From positions 67,122-131,121 of the forward strand of contig JAHIRF010000002.1 of assembly GCA_018818785.1 (NCBI GenBank): a stretch of DNA of 64,000 nt, written 5' to 3'. Of this stretch, positions 40,190-50,895 are shown in pieces (the stretch's first letter is position 1; each line of letters opens with the position of its first letter). The position numbers and the translations under genes are program-made. The notes below the pieces were generated by a model. The model was not told the origin of the DNA and made no database searches. It worked only from the letters and a program-made list of their open reading frames with translations. The stretch is from Thermoplasmatota archaeon (lineage in GTDB: Archaea > Thermoplasmatota > Thermoplasmata > UBA10834).

Positions 40190-40258
40190 GTATCGTGACA
40201 ATATGACCAGGATGGAAAGTATTTAATCCCAATCACTGTATTGCGCAAAAAGCGCCAT

Positions 40259-40333
40259 GGGCCCATAGCTTAGGTTGGCTGGAGCACCCGGCTGATAACC
40301 GGGAGGTCACCGGTTCAAATCCGGTTGGGCCCA
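40259..40333 (+). tRNA. tRNA-Ile(GAT)
   Basis: Acceptor GGGCCCA/TGGGCCC, anticodon arm CCCGG-CTGATAA-CCGGG. Confidence 0.96.
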
Positions 40334-40531
40334 CTCCTTATCATTCTCGCATCTGCGGCAGATGCAATTGATGGTTCCGAATTCCGGATATGGTTCAACA
40401 GCTCTTGGATTTGGGGTGGATTTCCTTTCTGGTAGTGACACGTTGGGTGTGCACGCAATTAAGCACTTAAGAAGTTGTTCGCCAGCAACACTTAATATTC
40501 GGTAGATATCACGGGATATCAGTGATATTCG

Positions 40532-40864
40532 ATGAAAGCTAGAACGATGAAGTTCTCACAGGACTGGGATAAACTGAAGGACAGGGTATTCGCCACGATC
40601 AGAGTGGATAGAGGCGACCTGAAGTTCGTTCCGGATGAGACTGTCGAGGTCCAGGGTCCGAAGGTCAAGTTCAGGGCACGCGTCCTTATGGCTACGACAG
40701 TGAAGCTGAAGGATGTACCTCTTGCATTCCTTGAGTACGACCTCGAGGCAAAGAAGGGGGAGAAGAGACAGGATCTCATGAACAAACTTGGGAAGCTCTA
40801 TAAGTTCTCCGAGAGGCCGACCGAGAGCGATGAAGCGACCATCTACATCCTGCAGAAGATCTGA
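40532..40864 (+). CDS. Small hypothetical protein, possibly ASCH/PUA-like
   Basis: MKF...ATIR and beta-rich pattern resemble ASCH domains. Confidence 0.6.
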   Translation: MKARTMKFSQDWDKLKDRVFATIRVDRGDLKFVPDETVEVQGPKVKFRARVLMATTVKLKDVPLAFLEYDLEAKKGEKRQDLMNKLGKLYKFSERPTESDEATIYILQKI

Positions 40865-40880
40865 AGCAAACCCTATTCAA

Positions 40881-40966
40881 GACTCCTCACTAGGGATCAT
40901 ATGTGTACCCTAGGGGGGGTCTGCCGGTGCATTCAACCGGCATAAACGACGTTTTTCTTCTGTTTT
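40881..40966 (+). terminator. Double hairpin plus T tract
   Basis: GACTCCTC-A-CTAGGG/CCCTAG-GGGGGGTC stem, TGCCGG/CCGGCA stem, then TTTTTCTTCTGTTTT. Confidence 0.5.
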
Positions 40967-41008
40967 CATCGAAAGGTACGAAAATAGGAACGACGTATAC
41001 CCTGATTC

Positions 41009-41407
41009 ATGGACGATACCGACATAAAGATCCTTAACCTCCTGAGGGACAACTCAAGGATGAAGAATACGGAGATCGCCCGCATGGTCAATCTGACTGA
41101 AAGAGCGGTCCGTGCCAGGATAGAGAAGCTCGTTCGCGAGGGAGTCATTCGCAAGTTCACGATAGAGACAACCCCAGTCGGATTCGAGGGGATCGTGCTG
41201 ATCGACACGCATGTCGGTAGGACTCCAGCTGTCAAAGCGAAAGCGACGGAGCTATCTGAGAGTGTGTTCGAATGTTCGGGCGAGTTCGACGTCGCGGTGC
41301 GTCTGAGGGCAGATAGCCTTGACGAGCTGAACAAAAGGGTAGACGAGCTCAGAGCGTTTCCGGGAGTTCTCAGGACAGCTACGCTGATCAAGCTGATCGA
41401 TAAGTGA
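41009..41407 (+). CDS. Lrp/AsnC family regulator (LysM-like)
   Basis: DDTDIKIL..L..NSR HTH, RIEKL..EGVIRKFTI, SGEFD RAM domain. Confidence 0.92.
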   Translation: MDDTDIKILNLLRDNSRMKNTEIARMVNLTERAVRARIEKLVREGVIRKFTIETTPVGFEGIVLIDTHVGRTPAVKAKATELSESVFECSGEFDVAVRLRADSLDELNKRVDELRAFPGVLRTATLIKLIDK

Positions 41408-41527
41408 CCTTCGCTGCAGAATCATATCTGACTCTGCAGGCGCGCAGTGATTCCAGGTTCCATGAACAGCTGAGTCCGATGAGTAAAGGTTATTATTGGC
41501 AGTAATCCTTACTATGCCAGGGACCTC

Positions 41528-42046
41528 ATGGACTTGATGGATGCCATCAAGGGCAGACGCAGTATTAGACGATACAAAGCGACGCCTGTACCAGATGATC
41601 TACTGCGCGAGGTTCTGACCGCTGCAAGGCATGCACCGTCTGCGGACAATGCGCAGCCTTGGAGGATCCTGGTCATCAGAGATGAGGATACGAAACGCAA
41701 GCTCGTGGCGGCGGCAAACGGCCAGAAGTTCATCGCGCAGGCGCCAGTTGTGCTCGTGATATGTGGGATTCCGGACGAGGCATTCCCGACGGTCGGTGGA
41801 TACATGAGTAGTCATGTGATTGATGCCTCGATTGCCATTGATCACTTGACGCTCATGGCACATGCGGTCGGTCTTGGCACTTGCTGGATCGCCTGGTTCA
41901 AGGAGGACAATGTGCGCGAGGTATTATCGATACCTGAGGATGTCAGGGTGATTGCGATGACTCCTCTTGGCTATCCCGATGAGATTCCAGAACGCATTCC
42001 ACGAAAGAATCTCGAAGATCTCGTGATATACGATCGATACCAATAA
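41528..42046 (+). CDS. Nitroreductase family protein
   Basis: RRSIRRY, APSADNAQPW, GLGTCWI, LGYP. Confidence 0.95.
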   Translation: MDLMDAIKGRRSIRRYKATPVPDDLLREVLTAARHAPSADNAQPWRILVIRDEDTKRKLVAAANGQKFIAQAPVVLVICGIPDEAFPTVGGYMSSHVIDASIAIDHLTLMAHAVGLGTCWIAWFKEDNVREVLSIPEDVRVIAMTPLGYPDEIPERIPRKNLEDLVIYDRYQ

Positions 42047-42058
42047 GCCTAAAGGCAC

Positions 42059-43324
42059 TTGCGGCTATCTGTGTTCAGAGGAAAGGACCAACCCGCGAAC
42101 CCCCCGGTCCGAAGAGGAGAGATTGAGTTGGTTTCAAAGGGAATAACGAAGACTGGTGAATGCTACTGCATGAGCTGTAGCGCAGTAGTCGACCGGGACA
42201 GTGACAAATGTGAGTCATGCTATTCCGAGCTCGACAGCGAGGTGAAAGCATTCAATTGTCCACGCTGCAAGACCGTCATGGAACTTGGCACTGCGCAATG
42301 TACTAAATGCGCAATGCGATTCATTGTCAAATCAGTGAAGGAAAAAGATCCCGCTGAGGATGATAAGCTCCTGGCCAAGCTCATGGATTGGGGTAAGAAG
42401 TCTGTCAGTGAGAATGGCGAGGATGCTGAAATCGCCTTGGTGACTGAGGAGGAACCGAATGAGACGACTGGATTATCTGAAGATGAAGTATCTTCTATAG
42501 GTCGTCTCGGGGATGCGCTCGAGACATTCATATCCGAACGGGAGGCGACGCTCTCCAGGATGAGGAACCGGATCGACCCTGTCCGAGTCAACATATCCGC
42601 TTTCACTTCATCAAGCGCCTCGGGGTCCGAGATAGGGCCAGATGATTTCGAGGGTGCACTATCGGCACTCTCCAAAGACTTGACCGATATATCCTCTTTG
42701 GAGCGGAGGATACGCGAATTATCCGTCGATGTTGATCGTATCATACATTTGCCAGGGATAGTCTCAATCTTGGATGGACGGGATATGCGGCCGTTCTTGG
42801 AATCTATGGTCGCTGAATCAGGCGAGGGTTCAGTAATCGATCTAGCTGAGAGGGAGACACAGGTTGCGAAGAGAGAGGAGATGGTCAACAGGAAGATCAA
42901 GGCCTACGCCTTGAAGATGAAGCAGCTGGAGGCTCGCGAGGCTGAAATGAGCTCAGGAGCCAGTACGGAGCCCATGGCAGAGGCGCAGGCAGGTGGAATC
43001 ATTCCGCCAGAGGAACGAGAAGGCCTCGTCCGTGCGATTTCGGGCTTGTGCGAGATGATGGATATGAATGTCGACCTGGACGGGGCGAATGATCTCTCGG
43101 CTGTGATTCAGGATGTATCAAACCGCATAAGTGCAGTATTGGGTGAAAAGAGAGAGATGGATGGTAGGCTCTCGGACATCTCTGGGACGGAAGAGGAGGT
43201 CCGTCGTCTCCTCAAGGTTCTGGACAACCTGCTAGGGCAGCTGTCGAGCGAAGTAATAGATAAATTCTCGAAATCCGAGGATTTCGCACTTTACGAACGC
43301 GTGCTTGATCGCATGAAAATATGA
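42059..43324 (+). CDS. Double zinc ribbon plus coiled-coil protein
   Basis: Four CxxC pairs at the N-terminus, helical remainder; true start may be downstream (about 42128). Confidence 0.8.
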   Translation: MRLSVFRGKDQPANPPVRRGEIELVSKGITKTGECYCMSCSAVVDRDSDKCESCYSELDSEVKAFNCPRCKTVMELGTAQCTKCAMRFIVKSVKEKDPAEDDKLLAKLMDWGKKSVSENGEDAEIALVTEEEPNETTGLSEDEVSSIGRLGDALETFISEREATLSRMRNRIDPVRVNISAFTSSSASGSEIGPDDFEGALSALSKDLTDISSLERRIRELSVDVDRIIHLPGIVSILDGRDMRPFLESMVAESGEGSVIDLAERETQVAKREEMVNRKIKAYALKMKQLEAREAEMSSGASTEPMAEAQAGGIIPPEEREGLVRAISGLCEMMDMNVDLDGANDLSAVIQDVSNRISAVLGEKREMDGRLSDISGTEEEVRRLLKVLDNLLGQLSSEVIDKFSKSEDFALYERVLDRMKI

Positions 43325-43394
43325 ACCATGATTTAATGTACACTACGCTATATTACGAGAACAAGACTCTTTGGCGTGAGGCTCCCCCCCGGAG

Positions 43395-46300
43395 ATGAAC
43401 GTCATACACATGGAGCCCGGCACCATGGGTTTGAGAGATAAGGCGAGAGAGAGCAGTGCGAAGGTCGAGGAACCCGCATCCAATCAGGCGGTCGAGGCTT
43501 TATCCCAGGCTGAGCGAGGTACTGCTACAGATGAGCCAATAGAGACGCCTCGAACTGACGAATCCAGGGATGAGACTCCGAAGCTCAAGCAGCTGGAACC
43601 GTCCATGACCTATCTCGTTGAAGAGGAGCGACCTGAAATCGCGTACTCTCTTTTCCTCTCTCACTTGGCAGATGGCAAGCGAGGAATGATTGTTTCTAGG
43701 ACTTACCCGAAGAATCTGAAGAAGGCGTTCAATCTCAAAGACGTACCCGTGTTCTGGCTCACCAATGCGATGGACGAGGATGCGATAGGACCTAAGGACC
43801 TCGAGCGGTTGAATCTGACTATCAAGAGATTCCTGGAAGAGGGTGGAGGGCGCCTGGTCCTGATTGATTCCCTAGAGTACCTGATCACGAACAATAAATT
43901 CGTAAGCGTGATGAGGCTGCTCCAGAGCATAAGGGACCTGGTCGCTCTGCAGAAGGCAGTCTGCATAGTATCACTGAAATCATCGACACTGGAGTCGTCC
44001 AAGCTCGGGGCTATCCAACGCGAACTCGAGGTGTATTCTCCGGATGAGTCGCAGCCGATACCAATAAGGATAGATGTCGAGGCCAAGCTGTTGGCTGAAC
44101 TCCGCCAGGACGAGATGATGATCGAGGCGCAGAACCTGGAAGAGATTCGTGAGAAGCTCCTTTCAAAGGAGAGAAAATTGAATGAGGGTGCTCAGAGGCT
44201 GGATTCTGAGCGTACGGCTCTGGAAAAGGAGCGGGAAGAAGTCCGACAGACTCTCGTCAAAGTGCGCCAAACAAGAAAAGATCTCGAGGATTTCCGAGTC
44301 ACACTCACCCGTGAAGAAGCCCAATTGGCGTCAAAGGTCAAGTCCAAGCTAGAGAAGGAGATGCATGCGCTCGATTCAAAGAAAGCCAACCTTGAATCGG
44401 TCGAGAAGGAGATAGAGGCAAGATATCTTCAGTTGGACAAGATTGTGAGCCTTAAGACCGAGCAGAAGATGATGGAGATCCAGAACGAATCCAAGCGTCT
44501 CGAAGGCGAGAGGAGCCGGCTCGTCGACCTGACGGCCAGGGTCGAATCTGACAGACGGTCTCTTGACGAACGAATCAGGACACATCATGAGAAAGAGAGC
44601 CTCTTAGAGAGCGAGTCCACAGAACTTCGCTCAAGGGAAACTGGATTGGATGCCAAGGAACACACCTTCGCGCTTTCCAAGGTGGAGCTCGAGAAGGAGC
44701 GTGCGTCAATTGATTCCGAACGGAAGGAGCTGGATCGAATAAGGAAGGTCCAGGAGGACGAACTCTCAGAGAGGCGTGCAGTGATGGATCGTTCCATATC
44801 CGAGGTTTCTCAGAGGGAAGAATCCGTATCTCGTTTGACACACGAGATCGATGCGCTCAGAGTCCGTCTCGTAACCGAGGAGCAGAATCTGACAGAGAGA
44901 GAGGCAAAGGTCTCGGGCAAGCTCGAGGAGATAGCCGACCGGGAGAAGGCGCTGGCATCTGCCGAGGAGGAGGTCAGGCAGCGGATGGAGGCTGCTATAT
45001 CATCGGAGGAGGCATGCGAGAAGAGGCAATCCGATCTGGATGATGAACGCAAGAGACTGTTCGATGAGGTCGACCAGTTGAAAGCAGATACCAAATCGAA
45101 GCTCTCAGAGCTGCAGCAAAGAGAGGAGAAGCTGCGCTCAGACGAAGAGCGTTTCTCCAGTGAATGCGGGGCAAGGAAGAACGCCCTGTCGGAATTCGAA
45201 TCGCGATTGAAGGAGAGGGATGCGAACCTATCCGAGCAGATGGCTGAGATCGCCATACGTGAAAATGACTTGAACGCATTGAAATCCGAGCTCGAATCAA
45301 AACGGATTTCTCTACAAGAAGAAAAGAATGCAATCGTGAACGAGAGGGATTCGTTTGCTAGGGAGGTCGAGGATACAATGGAGAAACTGGCCCTCGACCG
45401 CAATGCATTGGATCAGGAGAAGATTGAGTTCGAGAACTCCAGTGCAGACATACAGAGACGGACGTCCGAATTGCAGTCATCATATGAGGATAAACTGGCA
45501 ACCATCGAGGAGGAGCGAAGGGAGATTGATGAGAAGGGCTACTCTGTCGAGGAGATGAAGAAGATACTTGATCAGAGGTCCAGCGACATTGCCGCACAGG
45601 AACTCAAGATGGCCGAGGAGCGCGTGGAACTGGATCAGACGAGGCGTGAACATAACAAGCGCTCAGAGAGTTTTGAGGAGATAGAGCGGGAACTTGCGAA
45701 TAATCAGGATAATCTAAAATCGACAGCCGAGCTCCTTCAACAGACTCGAAGCACACTTGATGAACGCGAGAGAGTTCTTAAGGATCAACTGCTGAAGAAT
45801 GAGGCCGAGCTTGCGGAACTCGAGAAGAAGAGCATCGCGGTCGACGAGAAGATTACTGAGTTCAACGGAGCGAAGACCGAACTGGACGCGAAGTCTCAGG
45901 AGATCTCATCGATGCAGTCCGAGCTCGAGACTTGGAAGATCGAATTAGATGAGATAGCATCTGGTCTCAGGGCGAAGGACGAGAATCTCCAGGCGAGGGA
46001 GAAGGAACTCGAATCCACAAAGATGTCACTTGAGGCTGCGGGTCGCGAATCTGAGGCCAGGATGGACAGGATAAGCGCAGAATATTCATCCAAACTCGCA
46101 TCGCTAGAGGAACGAGATGCACGAATAGCGGAGACCGAGAATGCTCTTGAAACAGTGAAGACGGAGATGGGCGAACTCGAGAAGGAGGTCAGCGGACGGG
46201 AACAACGGCTGGCCGAACAGGAACGTTTTATCGAGGAGCGCCAGCGCGAGTTTGATGCGGCCCAGAACGACCTCGATGAAGTCCGCAGCTCGATTGAGGC

Positions 46301-48254
46301 CGAGCGAAGGCTGTTCGAGGAAGAGAGGGTTCGTGCATCTGATGATCTGGCAAGGATGCAAGCCGAGCTCGAATCATCAAGAATCGAGCTTGAATCGCAC
46401 AGGCAGGCTCATACAGAACATTCAGAAACACTCGACCAGAGGTCACTAGAGCTTGAGCAAAGGGAGAAGGATGTCGCGACCAGGGCTGCAGAACTAGATG
46501 CGTTACGATCCGACATCGAATCTGTGGAACAGGAACTTGTCAAGAGAGAAGACGCGCTCAAATCGGATAGGCTAGCCTTGCAGAGTACGCTATCAGAACT
46601 CGAATCGCAGCGGAGAGAGGTCGAGGAACTCAGGCTTGAGCATTCGGATGGAGAGGCTCAAGCCGCATCGAGACGCGAAGAGCTATCATCTCTTGAACAT
46701 GATCTTGATCTGAGGAGAGTATCACTTGATGAGGCGATGTCGACGCTGGACGCGGAGAAGGCTGCTCTTGCTGTGGCAATTAGCCAGTTCGAGGAACGGT
46801 CTTCATCATTCAATTCTGATAGGGTGCAATTGGACAAGAGTATCGAATCACTCTCGGCCGACCGTCAATCGCATGATGAGGCAGTTGCAAGATGGGAATC
46901 CGAGATAGCCGCCTCCAAAACCGAGATAGAAGCGCACAGACGAGAACTCGATGATAAGGATGCAGGTCTCAGAGAAATGGACGCTATCATCGCTGCGAAG
47001 GAGGATGAGCTGCGTGAAGGATCTGATGCGATCGAGAAGAAGCGTGAGGAGCTCGAAGCATTGGAGAACAGATTGTCTGATATGGAAAAGAGTCTTTCTG
47101 AACGGATGTCGGGATTTGAGGCAGAGCATGAGGAACGGGCGAGCCGCATCTCCTCAAGTGAAGAGGAATACCGTAGGAGAATAAGTGAGCTCGAGGCACG
47201 CGAGACTGCACTGGCGTTGATGGAATCCGAAATGAAGCGCATATCAGAGGACGCATCTCTTTCCGCATCGGAAGAACGAGATGAGATGGACCGCCTCAGA
47301 AATGAATTGGAGCAGCAGAAGTCCGAGATAGACGCTGCGATGAAGACGTCGAGCGAAGTCCAGATGGCGATTGCTTCGACGGAGGCAAGTCTGCTTGTGC
47401 GTGAGAGTGAGATATCGTCCAAGGAAGAGGAACTTGCCAACAAATATGCCGAATTACAGTCACAAATGGATAAGCACACCTCCATTGAGACCGCCCTGAA
47501 CATGAGGGAGCAAGGCGTTGATCAATCAATATCCGAATACCAGACTGTGCTGGATGATATCGCAAAGGAGAAGGATGCGCTTAGGGTCAAAGAGGAAGCG
47601 CTCAATAGGCGCGTGATCGAACTCGAGCGCGGCATAGATGAGTTCGAGCTGCTCCAGATCGAGCTGGACAGAGAGCGGTCATCCCTCGCCCAGAAGGACA
47701 CTGGGCTGGATCAGCTTCGTCTTGAGCTGGAGAAGTGGCGAGAAGAGCTCATGGAGCGAAGGGAGAAGCTAGAGGAAGAAGTGCGCGAGCGGGTTGCCGA
47801 GATATCAAAGGAGATGGCTGTATCGAGGCCTAAGCCTGCGAGCCCTGATGGGGATGCACTCCTCAGACATGAACTCGAGCTTCGCCACATGGAAGAAGCA
47901 GCCAAAGTGAATGAACGCGATATGGAGAACCGCGAGAAGAATCTCATGATAGAGATGGAGAGGCTCGAGCGCGAGCGCGCCGAGATCCAGGACCTTTGGG
48001 AGAAGGTAGATGCTTCCAAGCAGGGTCTTGCATCGATTGACGGGAAGACTTTCGAGGAGCTCGAGAGGCGCCAAGGTGAACTGGACGAACTATTCCTGAA
48101 GCTCTCAGACCGTGAGGCGACCATCAGAAATGATGAGCAGAGGCTTGAGGAGGAATGGACCCGGCTTCAATCAATCCAGGATGAGCTAGAGCAGCTGGCG
48201 AAGATCCTCAGAGACAAAGAGGATGAAATCAAAAGAATAGAAGAAGGATCATAG
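43395..48254 (+). CDS. DUF835-like domain fused to a very long coiled coil
   Basis: VSRTYP, VFWLTN, VLIDSLEYLITNNKF..V..L..IRD typical of DUF835; about 1350 aa of E/R/K/L heptads. Confidence 0.85.
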   Translation: MNVIHMEPGTMGLRDKARESSAKVEEPASNQAVEALSQAERGTATDEPIETPRTDESRDETPKLKQLEPSMTYLVEEERPEIAYSLFLSHLADGKRGMIVSRTYPKNLKKAFNLKDVPVFWLTNAMDEDAIGPKDLERLNLTIKRFLEEGGGRLVLIDSLEYLITNNKFVSVMRLLQSIRDLVALQKAVCIVSLKSSTLESSKLGAIQRELEVYSPDESQPIPIRIDVEAKLLAELRQDEMMIEAQNLEEIREKLLSKERKLNEGAQRLDSERTALEKEREEVRQTLVKVRQTRKDLEDFRVTLTREEAQLASKVKSKLEKEMHALDSKKANLESVEKEIEARYLQLDKIVSLKTEQKMMEIQNESKRLEGERSRLVDLTARVESDRRSLDERIRTHHEKESLLESESTELRSRETGLDAKEHTFALSKVELEKERASIDSERKELDRIRKVQEDELSERRAVMDRSISEVSQREESVSRLTHEIDALRVRLVTEEQNLTEREAKVSGKLEEIADREKALASAEEEVRQRMEAAISSEEACEKRQSDLDDERKRLFDEVDQLKADTKSKLSELQQREEKLRSDEERFSSECGARKNALSEFESRLKERDANLSEQMAEIAIRENDLNALKSELESKRISLQEEKNAIVNERDSFAREVEDTMEKLALDRNALDQEKIEFENSSADIQRRTSELQSSYEDKLATIEEERREIDEKGYSVEEMKKILDQRSSDIAAQELKMAEERVELDQTRREHNKRSESFEEIERELANNQDNLKSTAELLQQTRSTLDERERVLKDQLLKNEAELAELEKKSIAVDEKITEFNGAKTELDAKSQEISSMQSELETWKIELDEIASGLRAKDENLQAREKELESTKMSLEAAGRESEARMDRISAEYSSKLASLEERDARIAETENALETVKTEMGELEKEVSGREQRLAEQERFIEERQREFDAAQNDLDEVRSSIEAERRLFEEERVRASDDLARMQAELESSRIELESHRQAHTEHSETLDQRSLELEQREKDVATRAAELDALRSDIESVEQELVKREDALKSDRLALQSTLSELESQRREVEELRLEHSDGEAQAASRREELSSLEHDLDLRRVSLDEAMSTLDAEKAALAVAISQFEERSSSFNSDRVQLDKSIESLSADRQSHDEAVARWESEIAASKTEIEAHRRELDDKDAGLREMDAIIAAKEDELREGSDAIEKKREELEALENRLSDMEKSLSERMSGFEAEHEERASRISSSEEEYRRRISELEARETALALMESEMKRISEDASLSASEERDEMDRLRNELEQQKSEIDAAMKTSSEVQMAIASTEASLLVRESEISSKEEELANKYAELQSQMDKHTSIETALNMREQGVDQSISEYQTVLDDIAKEKDALRVKEEALNRRVIELERGIDEFELLQIELDRERSSLAQKDTGLDQLRLELEKWREELMERREKLEEEVRERVAEISKEMAVSRPKPASPDGDALLRHELELRHMEEAAKVNERDMENREKNLMIEMERLERERAEIQDLWEKVDASKQGLASIDGKTFEELERRQGELDELFLKLSDREATIRNDEQRLEEEWTRLQSIQDELEQLAKILRDKEDEIKRIEEGS

Positions 48255-48293
48255 GTCCTGCAAAGGACCAATGTCCATGGTTTATGTGTTTTC

Positions 48294-49490
48294 TCAGAAA
48301 ACCGTTAGCTTGCCAGCTACGATCTCATCGGTCAGCTTGTATATGGTCGCAAGCCTCTCATCAAAGATCGCTGCGGCTTCCTTCTGGTATTTCTTCTTGT
48401 CCACATTCGGCGCGAATATCATATTGGCGCTCGCCGCCTGTGGTTGATCTATGGGCTTCCCTATCTGAGACAGTATCCTGGTATGGACTTCAAGAATGTC
48501 ACCCTTGCCCATCTTGTATATCTCATCGGCGACTCTGTTAGAGAGCAGGTTGTACAGCTTGCCGACATGTGTCACCGGGTTCTTACCTGCTGATGCCTCC
48601 ATGCTCATTGGTCTCATAGGCGTAATGAGGCCGTTGGAGCGGTTTCCCCTGCCCACAGAGCCGTCGTCCCCGTTCTCCATCGAAAGGCCGGACACTGTCA
48701 GGTAATAGATGTTCTTCTTGTAGTCGTCCGCGGTGTTAACGAACACTCTGAGATTCCTCTTTGTGTACTTTGATGCATAATCCGCGATGCTCTCCCGGAG
48801 TTCGTCTACGACGCTCTTGTAATGGCTCTTGTCTGGGATCTTGGAGGATACCATCGCTGTGGCGACTGTCAGATCGATGTTCGAGCCGTTCCTGCAGGCC
48901 ATGACCTTGACATCCTCGCCGACTTCCGGCATCTTCTTCCAGAGCTTGCCGTTGATATATCTCTCGGTGTCGAGGGTCATCTTCTCAGTCTCGCTGAATG
49001 GTGCAAATCCGACCCCGAACGATGTATCGTTCGCCAACAGTCTCTGCGTTTCGTAGAGGCCAGTCAGATCAACGCTTCCCTGACCGATCATGCAGTCAAG
49101 GACAACGTCCCATTGGACATCGAGATTCTTGCAGGTCTTCTCAAGGTAGGAATATGCAGCCTTCATTGCGACGGTCCTGTACGGAAGACGCTCGCCATTG
49201 ACATTAGTCGTCGCCCTGCCGACCAGGAGTATGTATATAGGTTCGAGGATCGAGCCGCCACCGAACTTTGGCGCGGACTGCCCACCCACTATCTGAGTCT
49301 CGTCAGTGTTGTGGTGCAAGATCCTGCCGTATCTCTCGATATACATCTGAGACAGTGCACGGCTCACACTCTCGGCAAGTCCGTCAGCAATGCTGTCCGG
49401 ATGACCGATGCCTTTTCTTTCGACGAATTCAACAGTCTGCTTCTCAATTGGAGTGTGCGTCAACTCCTCTATTAGAATGTTCCTGTCCAT
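48294..49490 (-). CDS. mat: S-adenosylmethionine synthetase, archaeal type
   Basis: VERKGIGHPDS, HHNTD, ANDTSFGVG, GEDVKVM, GKNPVTHVGKLYN. Confidence 0.96.
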   Translation of the reverse strand: MDRNILIEELTHTPIEKQTVEFVERKGIGHPDSIADGLAESVSRALSQMYIERYGRILHHNTDETQIVGGQSAPKFGGGSILEPIYILLVGRATTNVNGERLPYRTVAMKAAYSYLEKTCKNLDVQWDVVLDCMIGQGSVDLTGLYETQRLLANDTSFGVGFAPFSETEKMTLDTERYINGKLWKKMPEVGEDVKVMACRNGSNIDLTVATAMVSSKIPDKSHYKSVVDELRESIADYASKYTKRNLRVFVNTADDYKKNIYYLTVSGLSMENGDDGSVGRGNRSNGLITPMRPMSMEASAGKNPVTHVGKLYNLLSNRVADEIYKMGKGDILEVHTRILSQIGKPIDQPQAASANMIFAPNVDKKKYQKEAAAIFDERLATIYKLTDEIVAGKLTVF

Positions 49491-49587
49491 GCGCTCGCCT
49501 CGCAGGCTTGAATCCGAAGATATGATAATCATTCTTAATTGTTTCGGATTTAAGCAAAACGGATTCTGAAGGGGTTTGATGGTCCTG

Positions 49588-50859
49588 TCAGTGCTTGTCG
49601 TAATGCTTTCGTCTCTCGGCCCTTGCGTTCCCCTCGGGTATAAGTGCGAATTTCTTACCCGACAGAACACCCGCGACACCTTCTGTGCTCTCTATATTGC
49701 TATAATCCTTGCACATCTTGCAGTTGGGCGGACATGTGCTGACTCGGTCCTTTGGCTCGGGGTACTGGAAAGTGCCTCCCTCGTAGTTCCTTAGCACTAT
49801 GCGTTTGTCTGACATGCTTACGAAGTAATTGGGACTCAGCGGGATCTTCCCTCCGCCACCGGGGGCATCGACTATGAACAACGGTACCGCATATCCCGAA
49901 GTGTGCCCTCTCAGGGCCTCTTGGATCTCCATACCCTTAGCGACCGATGTCCTGAAGTGTTCAATCCCTCGGGACATGTCGCACTGGTAGTAGTAGTATG
50001 GTCTGCATCTCATTTTGACGAGTTCGTGGACCAGTTTCTTCATTATCGTCGGACAATCGTTTATTCCCTTGAGAAGAACGCTCTGGTTTCCGACAGGGAT
50101 ACCCGCGTCTGCAAGCCTCTCCACAGCAGCCTTCGCCTCTGGGGTTATCTCCTTGGGGTGGTTGAAGTGAGTATTGAGCCAGATGGGGTGGTACTTCTTC
50201 AGCATATCGCATAGTTCGGGTGTTATCCTCTGGGGCAGGACGCATGGCGTCCTACTTCCCAGTCTCACGATCTCGACATGATCGATTGCCTGCAGCCTTG
50301 ATATTATGCCTTCCAGGACCTTGTCGGACACGGTCAGTGGGTCTCCGCCTGAAAGCAATACGTCCCGTATCTCTTCGTGCTCTTCGATGTATTTTATGAC
50401 GGCGTCTATCGTGTTGGAATCTCTTTCTGTATCCGTCTGGCCTGCGAGCCTCCTCCGGGTGCAGTGCCTGCAGTACATGCCGCATTGATCGGTTATCAGG
50501 AAGAGCACCTTGTCGGGATATCTGTGGGTCAATCCATGGACGGGTGAATCTATGTCTTCGAACAGCGGGTCCTCCATGTCGTCGTCGCTGAAATCGATCT
50601 CCTTGGCCGTCGGGACCGCCTGCAACCTCACAGGACAATGCGGGTCGTTGGGATCCATGAGTGTCGCGTAGAACGGCGTTATTGCCATCCTGAGAATTCT
50701 CAATGAGTCCCGGACTCCCGCCTCCTCCTCCGGGGTGAGATTGATCACTTGCTTCAATTGATCGACGCTAGTGATCCTGTTCCTCAACTGCCATTTCCAA
50801 TCGTTCCATTCCTCGGGGGTGACGTCCTTCCATAGAGGGATGTCCTTGTAAGACCGCAT
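49588..50859 (-). CDS. kamA: L-lysine 2,3-aminomutase (radical SAM)
   Basis: CGMYCRHCTRRR, LLSGGDP, YQCD and VDAPGGGGK (lysine-binding Asp residues and PLP Lys), C-terminal Cys cluster. Confidence 0.95.
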   Translation of the reverse strand: MRSYKDIPLWKDVTPEEWNDWKWQLRNRITSVDQLKQVINLTPEEEAGVRDSLRILRMAITPFYATLMDPNDPHCPVRLQAVPTAKEIDFSDDDMEDPLFEDIDSPVHGLTHRYPDKVLFLITDQCGMYCRHCTRRRLAGQTDTERDSNTIDAVIKYIEEHEEIRDVLLSGGDPLTVSDKVLEGIISRLQAIDHVEIVRLGSRTPCVLPQRITPELCDMLKKYHPIWLNTHFNHPKEITPEAKAAVERLADAGIPVGNQSVLLKGINDCPTIMKKLVHELVKMRCRPYYYYQCDMSRGIEHFRTSVAKGMEIQEALRGHTSGYAVPLFIVDAPGGGGKIPLSPNYFVSMSDKRIVLRNYEGGTFQYPEPKDRVSTCPPNCKMCKDYSNIESTEGVAGVLSGKKFALIPEGNARAERRKHYDKH

Positions 50860-50895
50860 GAGCACTACCTCGTCAAATGTTCGAGTGACTCAATA

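Noticed and set aside
43395-48254. SMC/Rad50 chromosome segregation ATPase
   Set aside because: No N-terminal Walker A, hinge or zinc hook, and no C-terminal signature/Walker B.
49588-50859. Glutamate 2,3-aminomutase, EpmB, or the ablAB osmolyte operon
   Set aside because: The lysine-binding Asp motifs and C-terminal Cys cluster fit KamA, and there is no adjacent efp/epmA or GNAT ablB gene.
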